Notes: a model not told the origin generated them from the sequence alone. DNA of 64,000 nt from an uncultured bacterium (GCA_964482725.1 CAYZYT010000001.1:86318-150317), one strand, 5' to 3'; counted from the stretch's first letter, positions 38,069 to 48,276 are shown. Program-made: numbers and translations.

Positions 38069-39118
38069 CTAGAAAACGTAGATCAAATTCGCGGTCCCAA
38101 GAATGCCCTTGAAACGGTCCACACCGTAATATTCGTAGTAACACTTGGTCGTGAGGCTCAGTTTCTCTTTGAGGATCCATCCCGTGAACTGACCGCCGAT
38201 CGCGTGGATCTGATAAAAAACGTTCTTATTTCTCGCAGCGGTCCCCGTATCCGAGGAGATCTGCCACTGATCATAGCCGCACACACCGACTTCAACGCGA
38301 CTGTTCATATAATGGCTCAACGCGTACTCGATCGTCATGCTCTGACCCGGCTTCAAATCTTGGGAATATCTTTTACTGTTCAGATTGTACGTGGCGGTCG
38401 TGATCAGCGCTGTTTTGTGGTGGTCATCGAAATAGTAAGCGCCGAACGCCTGGAACTGCTGGGTCCAGAACCCCATGCCGACATTGGCAGCACGCTTCTC
38501 AAGGTACGATCCGGTCGGTGCAAAAAAACCGTAGTTGACACCCACATCATAGTGCTTGCCGCGCCAGTCGAGCATCAAGGGCTGCACCAACATGTCCCCC
38601 AAGCCGTAATCATCGCTCTTGAACTTAACTTCCTGATTGGCCGTCACCGTGTGAGTGGTCCCGCCGACCGTAATAGTCCCTGTTTCGCGCGCCTTGAGCT
38701 TCGCCTTGAGACTCACATACCCCAGGGATGGCATAAGGAGCATCGCATAATCCGCGCCCAAAAACTTCCATCCCGGGACCCAAAGCAGAAGGAGCTGCTC
38801 GGTGGTGAACATCATGGCCGTGCTGATATCCGCAGACAGATTCGCCGAAAGTGTTACGGGAATGGTCTGCCCCTGGACATTGATATATCTCGTCCCGGTT
38901 TCGGACTTTGAAAAGTGCGAGAGCTTTTCGCCGTGGGCGTCCTGGAGGCTGTTGCTCCCATAGATCGGATTGTAATAGATCGCGTAAAATCCTTTGGGAG
39001 GCATGATGATATCGCGCATGCCCAGAACGCCGGGATAATAATGACCCAGCGTTCCGGCATGGGCGTTTTGGAACGCAAAAAACATCATCAAAACAAAAAA
39101 CAGGCTCTTCCGCTTCAT
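38069..39118 (-). CDS. Outer-membrane beta-barrel protein (same transporter-like family)
   Basis: Signal peptide (MKRKSLFFVLMMFFAFQNAHA). Amphipathic beta-strands. C-terminal ...LIYVF, with a terminal Phe typical of outer-membrane proteins. Confidence 0.65.
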   Translation of the reverse strand: MKRKSLFFVLMMFFAFQNAHAGTLGHYYPGVLGMRDIIMPPKGFYAIYYNPIYGSNSLQDAHGEKLSHFSKSETGTRYINVQGQTIPVTLSANLSADISTAMMFTTEQLLLLWVPGWKFLGADYAMLLMPSLGYVSLKAKLKARETGTITVGGTTHTVTANQEVKFKSDDYGLGDMLVQPLMLDWRGKHYDVGVNYGFFAPTGSYLEKRAANVGMGFWTQQFQAFGAYYFDDHHKTALITTATYNLNSKRYSQDLKPGQSMTIEYALSHYMNSRVEVGVCGYDQWQISSDTGTAARNKNVFYQIHAIGGQFTGWILKEKLSLTTKCYYEYYGVDRFKGILGTANLIYVF

Positions 39119-39150
39119 CGATCTCCGTTTCCCTTCAGCCCTAAAAAAAC

Positions 39151-39798
39151 CTATTGAACCATGGTGTCGTTACTGACGGGCGCGGGAGGCGGTGAAACAA
39201 CCTGATAATAAACGCCATTGGACCCAAAAAACGGCCGATACCAGGATGCCCCGCACTGATACGCCATCGTTCCATTCACATTTTCGGCCGAACACACACC
39301 GGGAAGCGTGGTCACTTGAGTCCCGAGCGGGGGGGACGCTGGCACGACTTGCTGGATCACCGTGGTCGGCTGCTCCACCACGACCGTGGAAGGCTGAGCC
39401 GCCGCAGCTCCGATCATCGTGCCCATCGCCATGCCGGCAAGGGCATCGTCCGCAGCTCCATAACCCCAACCGCCACCCCACCCGTTCACGTCGTAATTGT
39501 TGGTGGTATTGTTGTTATTATTATTGTTATTGTTTCTCCGGTGACCGTCCCCATGATCGCCGCCGCCATGATATTCGCCGCTTCCGTGTTCGCCCGGTCT
39601 ATCCCCACGACCTCCTCCGCCAAAATCTCCACCTCGTCCTTCGCCGCCAAATCCGCCGCGCCCGCCACCGCTCCACCCTCCGCCCCCGCGGCCGCCACCA
39701 AAACCACCGCCCCCGCCGCCTCGCGCATACACATCCCCGGAGCAAAGCAACACCACGATCGCTAAGATCACCATTGTAAAAAGTTTATTTTTTTTCAT
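39151..39798 (-). CDS. Secreted glycine-rich (RGG/GGF repeat) low-complexity protein with a poly-Asn tract
   Basis: ATG at 39798 with a GAGGAG RBS; the ORF track extends to 40029. The sequence is MKKNKLFTMVILAIVVLLCSGDVYA-RGGGGGGFGGGRGGGGWSGGGRGGFGGEGRGG...HRRNNNNNNNNNTTNNYDVNGWGGGWGYG..., with two Cys near the C-terminus. Confidence 0.55.
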   Translation of the reverse strand: MKKNKLFTMVILAIVVLLCSGDVYARGGGGGGFGGGRGGGGWSGGGRGGFGGEGRGGDFGGGGRGDRPGEHGSGEYHGGGDHGDGHRRNNNNNNNNNTTNNYDVNGWGGGWGYGAADDALAGMAMGTMIGAAAAQPSTVVVEQPTTVIQQVVPASPPLGTQVTTLPGVCSAENVNGTMAYQCGASWYRPFFGSNGVYYQVVSPPPAPVSNDTMVQ

Positions 39799-39814
39799 GG
39801 CCAAGCTCCTCACG

Positions 39815-40639
39815 TTACTGTTGGTCTGCAGCGCCGGAAGAAACTCCCCGGCCTTGCTGCATCGGGTTGCGAAACTCGACCTTCGCCGCCTTGGACGTGT
39901 TCTGGTAGATAAACGTTTCCGGAGGAACCGGCGCATTGACCTTCCAGTCCAGGAATCCCACCGTATAGCTCGGCTCGCTAATATCGTCAAAGTAGTTCGC
40001 ATACACCAACCTCGGGAGATGGTCTTCAACTCCGATCCAGATCTGCCACTCCACGCCCTTATTGATAAACACCAGATGATCCGTTTTTACACCGCCGATC
40101 GTCGACTGTCCGACATAAACAGCTTTGACCAATCCTTCCGTCAGAACCTTGAACGGCTCCGCCACAAGAATATCGGCATACGGAAAGGACTTCCCTTCTT
40201 CCCGGTAGGCTGCCTCGATCACGTCATCGACCGTGCCCGGGGTTACCTTCTCAGCATAAAAATTCTTTGTCGGCGAGTAGGCCGTCACCGTTTTTCCGTC
40301 AAAATAAAAATCATACGGGAAAAAATCGCCACGGGTTTCCGCAAAGAGTTTCCCGGAACCTTCCTTGACGACCCGGGCTGTCCCGAAAAGGCTGACCCAG
40401 ATCCCGTTCGGTGACTTGATCGGAACCATACTGCGAGCTTCAAACTGGATCGACTTCGCTTGAGCAAGCGTGTCGCTCATAACTTTAAGCGCATCGAGAG
40501 CACGCGGGTCGAGAGACGCTCCGGCCGTCTGTGAAGACACAGCCTGCGGCGAAACGCCTTCCAGCGCCCAAGCATGCGTCATTCCGATCACCAGAACCGC
40601 CGCACATAACGTGGATATCAAAAGTTTTTTTCGCGCCAT
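39815..40639 (-). CDS. Periplasmic DUF2092 family protein (LolA-like fold)
   Basis: ATG at 40639 with a perfect AAGGAGGA RBS. Signal peptide (MARKKLLISTLCAAVLVIGMTHAWA). The overall pattern matches DUF2092 proteins. Confidence 0.55.
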   Translation of the reverse strand: MARKKLLISTLCAAVLVIGMTHAWALEGVSPQAVSSQTAGASLDPRALDALKVMSDTLAQAKSIQFEARSMVPIKSPNGIWVSLFGTARVVKEGSGKLFAETRGDFFPYDFYFDGKTVTAYSPTKNFYAEKVTPGTVDDVIEAAYREEGKSFPYADILVAEPFKVLTEGLVKAVYVGQSTIGGVKTDHLVFINKGVEWQIWIGVEDHLPRLVYANYFDDISEPSYTVGFLDWKVNAPVPPETFIYQNTSKAAKVEFRNPMQQGRGVSSGAADQQ

Positions 40640-40736
40640 AAATCCTCCTTGATGAGTTAGAACCCCCAACCGTCCTTGGAACATGTTGCACTACCGAGCC
40701 CTCAAAATCGAGCTCTTTATCATACGATCCTGCGTG

Positions 40737-41237
40737 CTACCGGGTTTTTGAAAAAAAGATCGCTTTTGTTTTATCAACGCCAACCGCGCGGATCAATTCA
40801 GCGGCCGCGCAGTAAAAAAGCAACAGCACGGCAACCCATATTTCCCCGGACCAAAAAACTGGCCATACGATGTCAGCAGTCAAACGGTCAAATGAGGCGA
40901 CAAAGCCCCCGTGTTTGAGCATCTGGTGAAAAAGCTCCTCGATAAAAAGGAATAGGTACGTGAAAAGGCCGAACACCACGGTCTTGGACAGCACGTTCAG
41001 GATCAAGGGCTGCCGGGGATAAAAATTAAGGAACGGAAATTTGTCCGCAATGAAGATCGCTTTCGAGACGACCAGCGCTCCCAGGAGCGCCATGGCGTGG
41101 GCGTGGGAGGCGATCCCATACTCTTTGAGCGTAAGCGCCCGTGTGACAAAAAGGATATGGAACATGACAAGAAAGAAGATAAATGTCGGCAGGATCTCTA
41201 GAAATTCGCTTTTGATTCTGTTGAGAATATTTTTCAT
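40737..41237 (-). CDS. Hypothetical integral membrane protein (about 4 TM helices)
   Basis: 166 aa, hydrophobic helices. No family recognised. Confidence 0.45.
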   Translation of the reverse strand: MKNILNRIKSEFLEILPTFIFFLVMFHILFVTRALTLKEYGIASHAHAMALLGALVVSKAIFIADKFPFLNFYPRQPLILNVLSKTVVFGLFTYLFLFIEELFHQMLKHGGFVASFDRLTADIVWPVFWSGEIWVAVLLLFYCAAAELIRAVGVDKTKAIFFSKTR

Positions 41238-41297
41238 GGTTCGCCTCGCCTCATGGTTCTCTCTACCGGTCCACAGAGATCACGGGAGCTCTTCTCG

Positions 41298-41981
41298 TCA
41301 ACCGCCGTGTTCCATTTTCCCTTTGTTTTCCCGAGCATACAAACTGACCAGCCTCGCGATAAAGATCGCCAGATACAATTGCCCCGTCATACCTTCCAGA
41401 CAGGCAAGTACCATCGCCCAATGGCTGACCGGGAACATATCTCCAAAACCGATCGTGGCGAGGGTCGAAAAGCTGAAGCAAAAAAAATAGGTCATGCTCG
41501 GCTTTGCTGAAAAATGGAACGCCCCGTTATCCAAACAGTAGATAATGTAATAGAGGAACGCCCATGCGAACCCGAGTAAGAAATAGATATTGATCCCTCC
41601 GGCAATCGTATCGATGGTGACCGTGGAGGATCGGAACAGATTGGAGCTCATAAAAAATATACAGAGCCCTAAGAAAACACAGTAGAGGGAGCACAACGCG
41701 ATGCTCAAAGGAACCGTATAGGAAGAACCCCAGGAAAAATTGAGCATCGTAAAGAGCGCGAAAAGTAGCGCGCCGATCCCGGCCGCGCCCCACAACCACT
41801 TCCGGCCGATCCCGAGCGTCCTCAGGATAAAAAGCAATGCGACGACAAAGATCGGGGTCATGACGGGGATCTTCGGATGGATCTCATTGATGTAAGGAGA
41901 GGCCAGGCAGATCAAAAGTATCACGGCCAAGAGATGCGCGTGTTTATTCACGACGAAAGCTTTGCCGGACGTCATCTTCAT
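41298..41981 (-). CDS. Potassium-channel-like protein with a 2TM/pore domain and a K+ selectivity filter
   Basis: The selectivity-filter signature TIGFGD (FSFSTLATIGFGDMFP) is flanked by TM helices. There are additional N-terminal TM helices. Confidence 0.7.
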   Translation of the reverse strand: MKMTSGKAFVVNKHAHLLAVILLICLASPYINEIHPKIPVMTPIFVVALLFILRTLGIGRKWLWGAAGIGALLFALFTMLNFSWGSSYTVPLSIALCSLYCVFLGLCIFFMSSNLFRSSTVTIDTIAGGINIYFLLGFAWAFLYYIIYCLDNGAFHFSAKPSMTYFFCFSFSTLATIGFGDMFPVSHWAMVLACLEGMTGQLYLAIFIARLVSLYARENKGKMEHGG

Positions 41982-41996
41982 GAAGAACTTCCTTGT

Positions 41997-43703
41997 TTAT
42001 TTGGCTTCGTAAACAACGTTGCCGCCCACGATGGTTTTCAGAGGTTTTACATTCTTAAGATCCTCTTTCGGCATTGTAAAGATATCGTCCGAAAGCACCG
42101 TCATATCGGCATATTTGCCCGGCTCGATCGAACCTTTCACGTCGGATTCGCCCATCGATTTTGCGGCCCAGATCGTCCACATCTTAAGAGCCTCAGTGAC
42201 AGAGATCGCCTCCGCGGGCTCAAAAAGTCCGTCATCCGAATCTCGAGTCACAGCCCCGTAGATCGCCAGGAATGGGTTCACATTATCAAGGTAGATCCCC
42301 GTCACATCCGAACCTGCCGCCGGTTCGAGGCCCGCATCGATCATGTCGCGGAACCTGAATCCAGTCTTGGTCCGTTCGGGCCCCATATTCTCATAATCGG
42401 CCTTCACCAGGTCCAAAAGCCACGTTGGCTGAACCGATACCTTAAATCCTTTATCAATCATGGCCTTCGCGCGAGCGAGCTGCTCATCCTTCATCTGGAA
42501 CATCCCGAAATGTTCGATACGCATGAGTGTCCCCGTGGCTCCCGATTTGATCTTGTTTTCATACGCGGTTAGCCCCATATCCATCGCTTCATCACCCGAA
42601 CAATGCATCATGCTCATCACGCCATTCTTATTCGCGATCGTGGCAAAACGATCTGCCACTGTCTGTGGGGTCACAAGAGTCCCTCGGCCTCCCGGAGGAT
42701 CGGTATCAAAATGCCCGACATACGGACCGTACATGTAACCCGTCCGGCAATCGTTTTCGCCGTCGATCCACACCTTGATCCCTCCGAGACGGTACCACGC
42801 AGGATCGGCGCTCGGGGGCATGCGGAATTTGTTAAGATCTTCGGGCATATCCTCGCCATTGGCGGAAGTCCACACCGAAGTGGTATAGCGGATCGTCGGC
42901 TGCACTTTCATCCCGGCAATCTTTTGCAGAACAGGAAGCGCAGCGGCGGGAGTGATCGCCAAAACCGAGGTGAACCCATGCGCGTTCCAGAACTCCTGGA
43001 GATCTTTCGTGTAATACTGTTCCAGCTGCGCCAGTGTCGGCGTCGTCGGCACATCCGCTTGGGCGTCCGTGAGAACGCCCGTCGGTTCACCGTGCTCATC
43101 CACGATCACCGAACCTCCGTGAGGGAGCTTGGTCACTCCCTTGACGATACCCAGTTTTTTTAAAGCCGCCGAATTCACGATCGCCATATGAGTGCCGTTG
43201 GCCACTACGGTGGGATTATGGGGAGAGACAAGATCGAGCTCGGTTTTTGTCGGGAGACGTTTTTCTTCAAATTTGTTTTCACTCGCTGAAACGCACGCCG
43301 CGAAGATCCATTCGCCCTTCGCCGTCTTTTTCACCCATGCGGCAATATGTTCCAGCGCCACTTTGACTGACGGGGTCTCCGGAAAGCGGCAGTCCACCCA
43401 GGTTTCTTTCATCATCATCGCTTCCATCGGATGACAATGCGCGTCAATCAGCCCCGGCACCACGGTCTTCCCGCCGAGATCGACCCTTTGGGTTGCAGGC
43501 CCTGCGAGTTTTTTAATTGCGTCGGAAGTTCCAACGCTCTCAAATTTTCCATCCTTGACCGCCACCGCTTCGGCCGTCGATCCTGCGGCATCCAGCGTTG
43601 CGATCTTTCCGTTAAAATAAATGACGTCCGGCTCCGCGGCATGGGCCGGCACCGGCATCAAGGCAAACGCCACGGTCATAAGCACCGCGATTATTTTTCC
43701 CAT
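41997..43703 (-). CDS. Secreted metal-dependent amidohydrolase (amidohydrolase-3 family)
   Basis: ATG at 43703 with an AAGGAG RBS. Signal peptide (MGKIIAVLMTVAFALMPVPAHA). Metal-binding motif GLIDAHCHP. A long TIM-barrel-like body. Confidence 0.7.
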   Translation of the reverse strand: MGKIIAVLMTVAFALMPVPAHAAEPDVIYFNGKIATLDAAGSTAEAVAVKDGKFESVGTSDAIKKLAGPATQRVDLGGKTVVPGLIDAHCHPMEAMMMKETWVDCRFPETPSVKVALEHIAAWVKKTAKGEWIFAACVSASENKFEEKRLPTKTELDLVSPHNPTVVANGTHMAIVNSAALKKLGIVKGVTKLPHGGSVIVDEHGEPTGVLTDAQADVPTTPTLAQLEQYYTKDLQEFWNAHGFTSVLAITPAAALPVLQKIAGMKVQPTIRYTTSVWTSANGEDMPEDLNKFRMPPSADPAWYRLGGIKVWIDGENDCRTGYMYGPYVGHFDTDPPGGRGTLVTPQTVADRFATIANKNGVMSMMHCSGDEAMDMGLTAYENKIKSGATGTLMRIEHFGMFQMKDEQLARAKAMIDKGFKVSVQPTWLLDLVKADYENMGPERTKTGFRFRDMIDAGLEPAAGSDVTGIYLDNVNPFLAIYGAVTRDSDDGLFEPAEAISVTEALKMWTIWAAKSMGESDVKGSIEPGKYADMTVLSDDIFTMPKEDLKNVKPLKTIVGGNVVYEAK

Positions 43704-43760
43704 ACACACTCCTTGGTTTTCCCGCTTCGCGCGCGACCGCATGCTTCGATCATGGATTCC

Positions 43761-44609
43761 TCACGACTTCTCCGGAAAGTTTTCGGCATATTCTTTAGCG
43801 GGCTCGACCAACTCTCCGCCCTTGTAAACTCCCTCTCTCTTCAATTTTCCGCTTTCATAATACCACCGAACCGTTCCCTCCAGCTTTCCGTTCTTCAAGG
43901 CTCCCTCACTTTTCAACTTTCCATTCTCTTCGTACCACTTCACCGTCCCCTCCGGCTCTCCGTTCTTCAAAACTCCCTCGCTTTTCACCGTTCCACTTTC
44001 ATAATAATTTCTAAACGGCCCCTCGAGCTTTCCCTCTTTATAGAAGGTCCCGTTTTTCAACTTTCCGTTCTCGTAATAAATCTTAAACGGTCCTTCGATC
44101 TTCCCGTCCTTGTAAAAAGCTTCCTCGTGAAGGCGTCCGCTCTCGTCATACCGAAGAACCTTTCCGTCAAGCTCTCCGCTCTTTAAAGCTCCCTCACGTT
44201 GTAGCTTTCCGTTCTTGTAATAACTCTTAAACGGCCCCGCAGGCTCACCGTTCTGATAAAATTCTTCCTTCTTGAGTGATCCTTCTTCGTAATACCACTT
44301 CACCCACCCCTCAAGCTTTCCGTTCTTTAACTCTCCTTCACTGTCAAAAACCCCGTTTTTGTCATACCACTTAACCAACCCCTCAGGCTCTCCGTTCTTT
44401 AAAGCACCTTCACGCTGTAATTTTCCGTTTTCATAGTAGTTCCTAAACGGGCCTTCAAGCTTTTTGTTTTTGTAAAATGCCTCGAGTCTGAGCTTCCCGC
44501 TTTTGTAATATTCCCGGACGAGTTCCGCCCCGTATCCGGTCGAACTTAATGCGGTCATTGAAATCACGAAGATTCCGATGAGCCCGCTGATGAAGACTCC
44601 TGCTTTCAT
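43761..44609 (-). CDS. Secreted MORN-variant (YwqK-like) repeat protein
   Basis: Signal peptide, then about 11 tandem 23-aa repeats of the form YYENGKLQREGALKNGEPEGLVKWYDKNG, which is the MORN_2/YwqK-type repeat. Confidence 0.65.
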   Translation of the reverse strand: MKAGVFISGLIGIFVISMTALSSTGYGAELVREYYKSGKLRLEAFYKNKKLEGPFRNYYENGKLQREGALKNGEPEGLVKWYDKNGVFDSEGELKNGKLEGWVKWYYEEGSLKKEEFYQNGEPAGPFKSYYKNGKLQREGALKSGELDGKVLRYDESGRLHEEAFYKDGKIEGPFKIYYENGKLKNGTFYKEGKLEGPFRNYYESGTVKSEGVLKNGEPEGTVKWYEENGKLKSEGALKNGKLEGTVRWYYESGKLKREGVYKGGELVEPAKEYAENFPEKS

Positions 44610-44670
44610 AAGCTTCTCCTATTGTGTTCCGGATTGTTCCATAAAACCCGGCTTTGATCGTTTTGCTATT

Positions 44671-45429
44671 TTATTTTGAACCGCCCGGGATATCCCGCAA
44701 GGTCAATACGATGTTGACCACCTCATGGGCGGCATTTTCGAAGATCTCCAGACGCACCTCCGCGCACTGCATCGCGGATCGTTCGGAACCTTTCTTTTCG
44801 ATCTTGAATTTTTTGGGGGCGCCTGCGCAGTCATTCAGCTCATTCCAAGGAACAGAAACGGTATAATGGTCGAAAATAAAATCCAGAAAATTAACGTTTT
44901 CGAACCCCGTTCCGGGCATAAGATAGCGTTGGGCCGCCTGATTGAGATTGGTGATGACCCAATCGGGACGACACACGATCAAGGGCTGGCTCATCTCCGA
45001 GATCATATGCCACAGCTTTTCTTTTTCATCCAGAGAGTCCCGGTAAAAACTGACCTTCAAAAGCGAGCGAACCCTGGCAATGAGCTCGCTCTCGTCAAAA
45101 GGTTTTGAAATGAAATCGTCACATCCCGCCTTAAGACCGCGGGCTTTGTCTTCCGGGGCATGAAGGGCTGTCACCAGGACCACGGGGATCGAGCGCGTTC
45201 GTTCCGACGAACGCAACGTCTCCAGCACCTGGAGCCCCGACATGACCGGCATCATGATATCCAACAGGATAAGGTCCGGGATCCTCTGAGAGATCCGATT
45301 GAGCGCATCTTCCCCGGACCCTGAAAGTTCAAGATCGTATCCCAGAGGCAAAAGCAGGGCCTCCAGAAGTTCGAGATTTTTCTTGTCGTCATCCACACAA
45401 AGCACCGTCCGTTTTTTCTCATTTCCCAT
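44671..45429 (-). CDS. Response regulator (REC domain) with a C-terminal PAS-like or sensory domain
   Basis: The REC motifs VLCVDDD, DLILLDIMMP and FISKP are present. There is no DNA-binding output domain. Confidence 0.75.
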   Translation of the reverse strand: MGNEKKRTVLCVDDDKKNLELLEALLLPLGYDLELSGSGEDALNRISQRIPDLILLDIMMPVMSGLQVLETLRSSERTRSIPVVLVTALHAPEDKARGLKAGCDDFISKPFDESELIARVRSLLKVSFYRDSLDEKEKLWHMISEMSQPLIVCRPDWVITNLNQAAQRYLMPGTGFENVNFLDFIFDHYTVSVPWNELNDCAGAPKKFKIEKKGSERSAMQCAEVRLEIFENAAHEVVNIVLTLRDIPGGSK

Positions 45430-45472
45430 GGAATCCTCCCTAATGCATCGGTTTAAAATGAACGATCTATTT

Positions 45473-46615
45473 TCAATTTTTTTGAGCGTCAGGACTTTTG
45501 TTTTTATCCAAAGCTTTCGTCCCCGAAGGGATCGTGAACCCGACGGTTGTTCCTTTGTCTATCCCCTCGGATTCGATCCAGATCCTGCCGCCGTGAAGCT
45601 CCACGAGCTTCTTGGAGATCGCCAACCCAAGTCCCGTTCCCTCGGTCTCCTTGGTATAGGCATTTTCAACTCGGGTAAAAGCTTCAAAAACCATTCCCAG
45701 GTGCTCGGAAGCGATCCCGATCCCCGTATCCCAAACAGCCACTTCGATCCCGACATCGGTCCTCCGGGCCCGGAGGCCTATCTTTCCTCCCGCAGGAGTG
45801 AATTTGACCGCGTTGGAGATCAAATTATAAAGGACCTGCTTGAGTTTGCGACGGTCGGCCTGGATCTCACCGAGGTTCTCGGAAAGTTCTATGACGAATT
45901 GGATCTTTTCAGAAAGATCCAGTCCCCCGATGAGCAGCGAGGCTTCCTCCAGAACATTTTTCACCGGGAAGACAGACGTTTCCAGGATCATCTTGCCGGA
46001 CTCCACACGCGCCAGGTCCAGGACATCTGTAATAAGAGAAAGGAGATACTGGCCGCTTGTGAGAATATTCTGGGCATATTTTTTCTGCCGTTCATTAAGC
46101 GGGCCGAAGGTCTCTTTGGTGAGAACGCCCGAAAACCCGATAATGGAGTTCAACGGCGTCCGGAGCTCATGCGACATATTGGCCAAGAACTCGTCCTTTG
46201 CCTTGCCGGCCTTTTGAAGATCCTCCGAACGCTTGCGCTCAATGGCATACCTTGCGGAACGCACGAGCAGCGGACCATCGAACTGGCTTTTGACCAGATA
46301 ATCCTCGGCACCGATCTCAAGTGCCTTGAGAGCGATCGCCTCGTCGTTCGTGCCGGTGATCACAACGATCGCAAGTTGAGCCGCACTCCCCTGAAAGCTC
46401 TCCATGGTAGAGATCCCGCGGCTGTCGGGCAAATTAAAATCCAGGAGCATCAGATCAAACGGTTCCTTGTGCAGACGATCATGGGCACCGCGAAGGGTCC
46501 CCTCGACCGAAAATTCATACCGCCCCGGGGTCTCGGCTTTCATCATCTCCTGGACCAGGAACGCCTCGTCCGGGTTGTCTTCCACCAATAACACCCTGAT
46601 CTTACCGTCCGTCAT
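45473..46615 (-). CDS. Cytoplasmic hybrid response-regulator/histidine-kinase (REC-HisKA-HATPase)
   Basis: REC domain (RVLLVEDNPDEA...DLMLLDFNLPD). H-box (FLANMSHELRTPLNSIIG). N, G1 and G2 boxes (YNLISNAVKFT, DTGIGI, GTGLGLAI). No TM segment. Confidence 0.85.
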   Translation of the reverse strand: MTDGKIRVLLVEDNPDEAFLVQEMMKAETPGRYEFSVEGTLRGAHDRLHKEPFDLMLLDFNLPDSRGISTMESFQGSAAQLAIVVITGTNDEAIALKALEIGAEDYLVKSQFDGPLLVRSARYAIERKRSEDLQKAGKAKDEFLANMSHELRTPLNSIIGFSGVLTKETFGPLNERQKKYAQNILTSGQYLLSLITDVLDLARVESGKMILETSVFPVKNVLEEASLLIGGLDLSEKIQFVIELSENLGEIQADRRKLKQVLYNLISNAVKFTPAGGKIGLRARRTDVGIEVAVWDTGIGIASEHLGMVFEAFTRVENAYTKETEGTGLGLAISKKLVELHGGRIWIESEGIDKGTTVGFTIPSGTKALDKNKSPDAQKN

Positions 46616-46636
46616 ACCCTACCCCGCTCCGTCATT

Positions 46637-46975
46637 TTATTTTGTCTCGTCCCCGGAATTCCGGTTCATTTCTTTATTCAGAAAATAGCTCGTCACCGTC
46701 CGGATGGCCACCATCGAACCCAGGACCGCCAGCTCCTGAAGCGACGGCCGGATCAGGGTCCGGACGATATCGGCACCGATCAGATATTCCAAGCCCATGA
46801 GAAGGTAAAAGCCAAAACGTTGTCTGACATGATACCGCTCCGCGCAAACATCTTTCCCTGAAAATCCTCTTACCTCCGCAACCCCCAGCGCCACCGTCGA
46901 GACAAGCGCGCCCCACACGATCACCGCCACCCCGATACATCCGATGCCCAGCGACAGGGCGTTCACGATCTCCAT
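46637..46975 (-). CDS. Small membrane protein, probably DUF1622-like
   Basis: ATG at 46975 with an AAAGGAGGA RBS (the ORF track extends to 47056). Two TM helices followed by a charged tail. Confidence 0.45.
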   Translation of the reverse strand: MEIVNALSLGIGCIGVAVIVWGALVSTVALGVAEVRGFSGKDVCAERYHVRQRFGFYLLMGLEYLIGADIVRTLIRPSLQELAVLGSMVAIRTVTSYFLNKEMNRNSGDETK

Positions 46976-46991
46976 CGGTGTTCCTCCTTTT

Positions 46992-48260
46992 TTATTTCTT
47001 CTTTTTCTGCAATTTAAAGTCAAAAAAATCGGAATAGACAAGATCCTTTGGGTCACCGGTGGCCGGATCGATCCGCCCGTCCTTCAGATAGAACTTCACC
47101 TTCATCGTACCATTTTTTTGATCGTACAGATCGGTCCAGATCGTTCGGTTCGGAATGGTAGGATTGGCCATCCCCCGGCCCGGATTATTCCAGCGGGCGA
47201 CCACCGCGGTCTGGTTCGCGATAACATCGTCCTCGGAGAATGTATCTTTCTTGCTAAGCAGGTTCTCAAGCGCGTTGTACCGCGCGAAAGTATTATCCTC
47301 CTCGAACGGTTGATACGCCGGGAAATCCGCGGGGTTTTTAAAACGATAGAGCGGATGATTGGTGAACGGCTGCGGCTTGCCGCTATTTTCCGTGAATTCG
47401 ACGCGCAGGTTCTTGGGATTGATCTCCGCGATAAGCGACCGGCCGGACATATCGGCGATCAAAAGATGCCCCGGCTCGAACGTCAGTGAAAGTTTTTGAT
47501 TCAGGATCGCGGTCTTCGCTTCGCCCACGGTTTGACAGTTCTCAAGAACATAGCGCAGGATCTGCGTCGGGAAGATCAGGCCCGAGATATCCGGCTTCGG
47601 GTCGGTGTTGATCGCGGTGTAATTATCCGTGTGAAGAATGGCGATCAGTCCCTTCTCGTTCATGCCGCTCACCACGCTCAAAAGGTCACCCGTTCCGACA
47701 CCGATCGAGGAGTATCCTTGATCAGGGTAGAGCTCGATCACATAATTCCGGGTGAACATGGGCGGGGCATTTCCCTCGGGAAGCTTTAAGAGTTTGTTGA
47801 TCGAGCACAGCGGATAGTCCATATTGTGCCCGAGAAATCCACGGCCCCCCTCCGTAAGCGCCGGAGGATAATAGACGCTCGAACACCCCCAAGGCCCCGC
47901 GTCATAAACCAGTTGATTGAAAATCGAAAGGGAATCTCCGTAATTTTCGTTGTAAGCCGCGGCCACGCCTACGGCCCGCTCCCTCAGCACCGGAAAGTTA
48001 TCTTGCATATATTGATCCATCGCTTTCGCATAAACGGCATCCGGATACTGCTGAAGCTGGGTGATCCCGTAATCTTTCCGCGCGATATCTCCCAGGGCCT
48101 GCCCGATCTCTTCGTTGGTGCCGCGGATCACAATATGCCGGACACTTTGGTAGCTATCCTTGCCCTGTTCCAAGATCACTTCATTTTTTACAACAGGCGC
48201 CGCGAAAAGAGCGCTTGTCGAAAATAAAAAAAAGAACACGCACCACAATGTTTTCTTCAT
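46992..48260 (-). CDS. Secreted Ntn-hydrolase-like protein, probably of the peptidase C45 (acyl-CoA:6-APA acyltransferase-like) family
   Basis: ATG at 48260 with an AAGGAG RBS. Signal peptide (MKKTLWCVFFFLFSTSALFA). The internal Gly-Cys (DAGPWG-CSSVYY) is the kind of autoproteolytic site seen in C45 enzymes. The family assignment is tentative. Confidence 0.45.
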   Translation of the reverse strand: MKKTLWCVFFFLFSTSALFAAPVVKNEVILEQGKDSYQSVRHIVIRGTNEEIGQALGDIARKDYGITQLQQYPDAVYAKAMDQYMQDNFPVLRERAVGVAAAYNENYGDSLSIFNQLVYDAGPWGCSSVYYPPALTEGGRGFLGHNMDYPLCSINKLLKLPEGNAPPMFTRNYVIELYPDQGYSSIGVGTGDLLSVVSGMNEKGLIAILHTDNYTAINTDPKPDISGLIFPTQILRYVLENCQTVGEAKTAILNQKLSLTFEPGHLLIADMSGRSLIAEINPKNLRVEFTENSGKPQPFTNHPLYRFKNPADFPAYQPFEEDNTFARYNALENLLSKKDTFSEDDVIANQTAVVARWNNPGRGMANPTIPNRTIWTDLYDQKNGTMKVKFYLKDGRIDPATGDPKDLVYSDFFDFKLQKKKK

Positions 48261-48276
48261 AGGGGCTCCTTGTGTT

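Noticed and set aside
39486-39560. A short tandem nucleotide repeat (gttgttattattattgttattgtt) looked like a possible short-tandem-repeat or CRISPR-like feature.
   Set aside because: It is simply the AAT/AAC codon run that encodes the poly-Asn tract of the glycine-rich protein. It has no spacer-repeat architecture.
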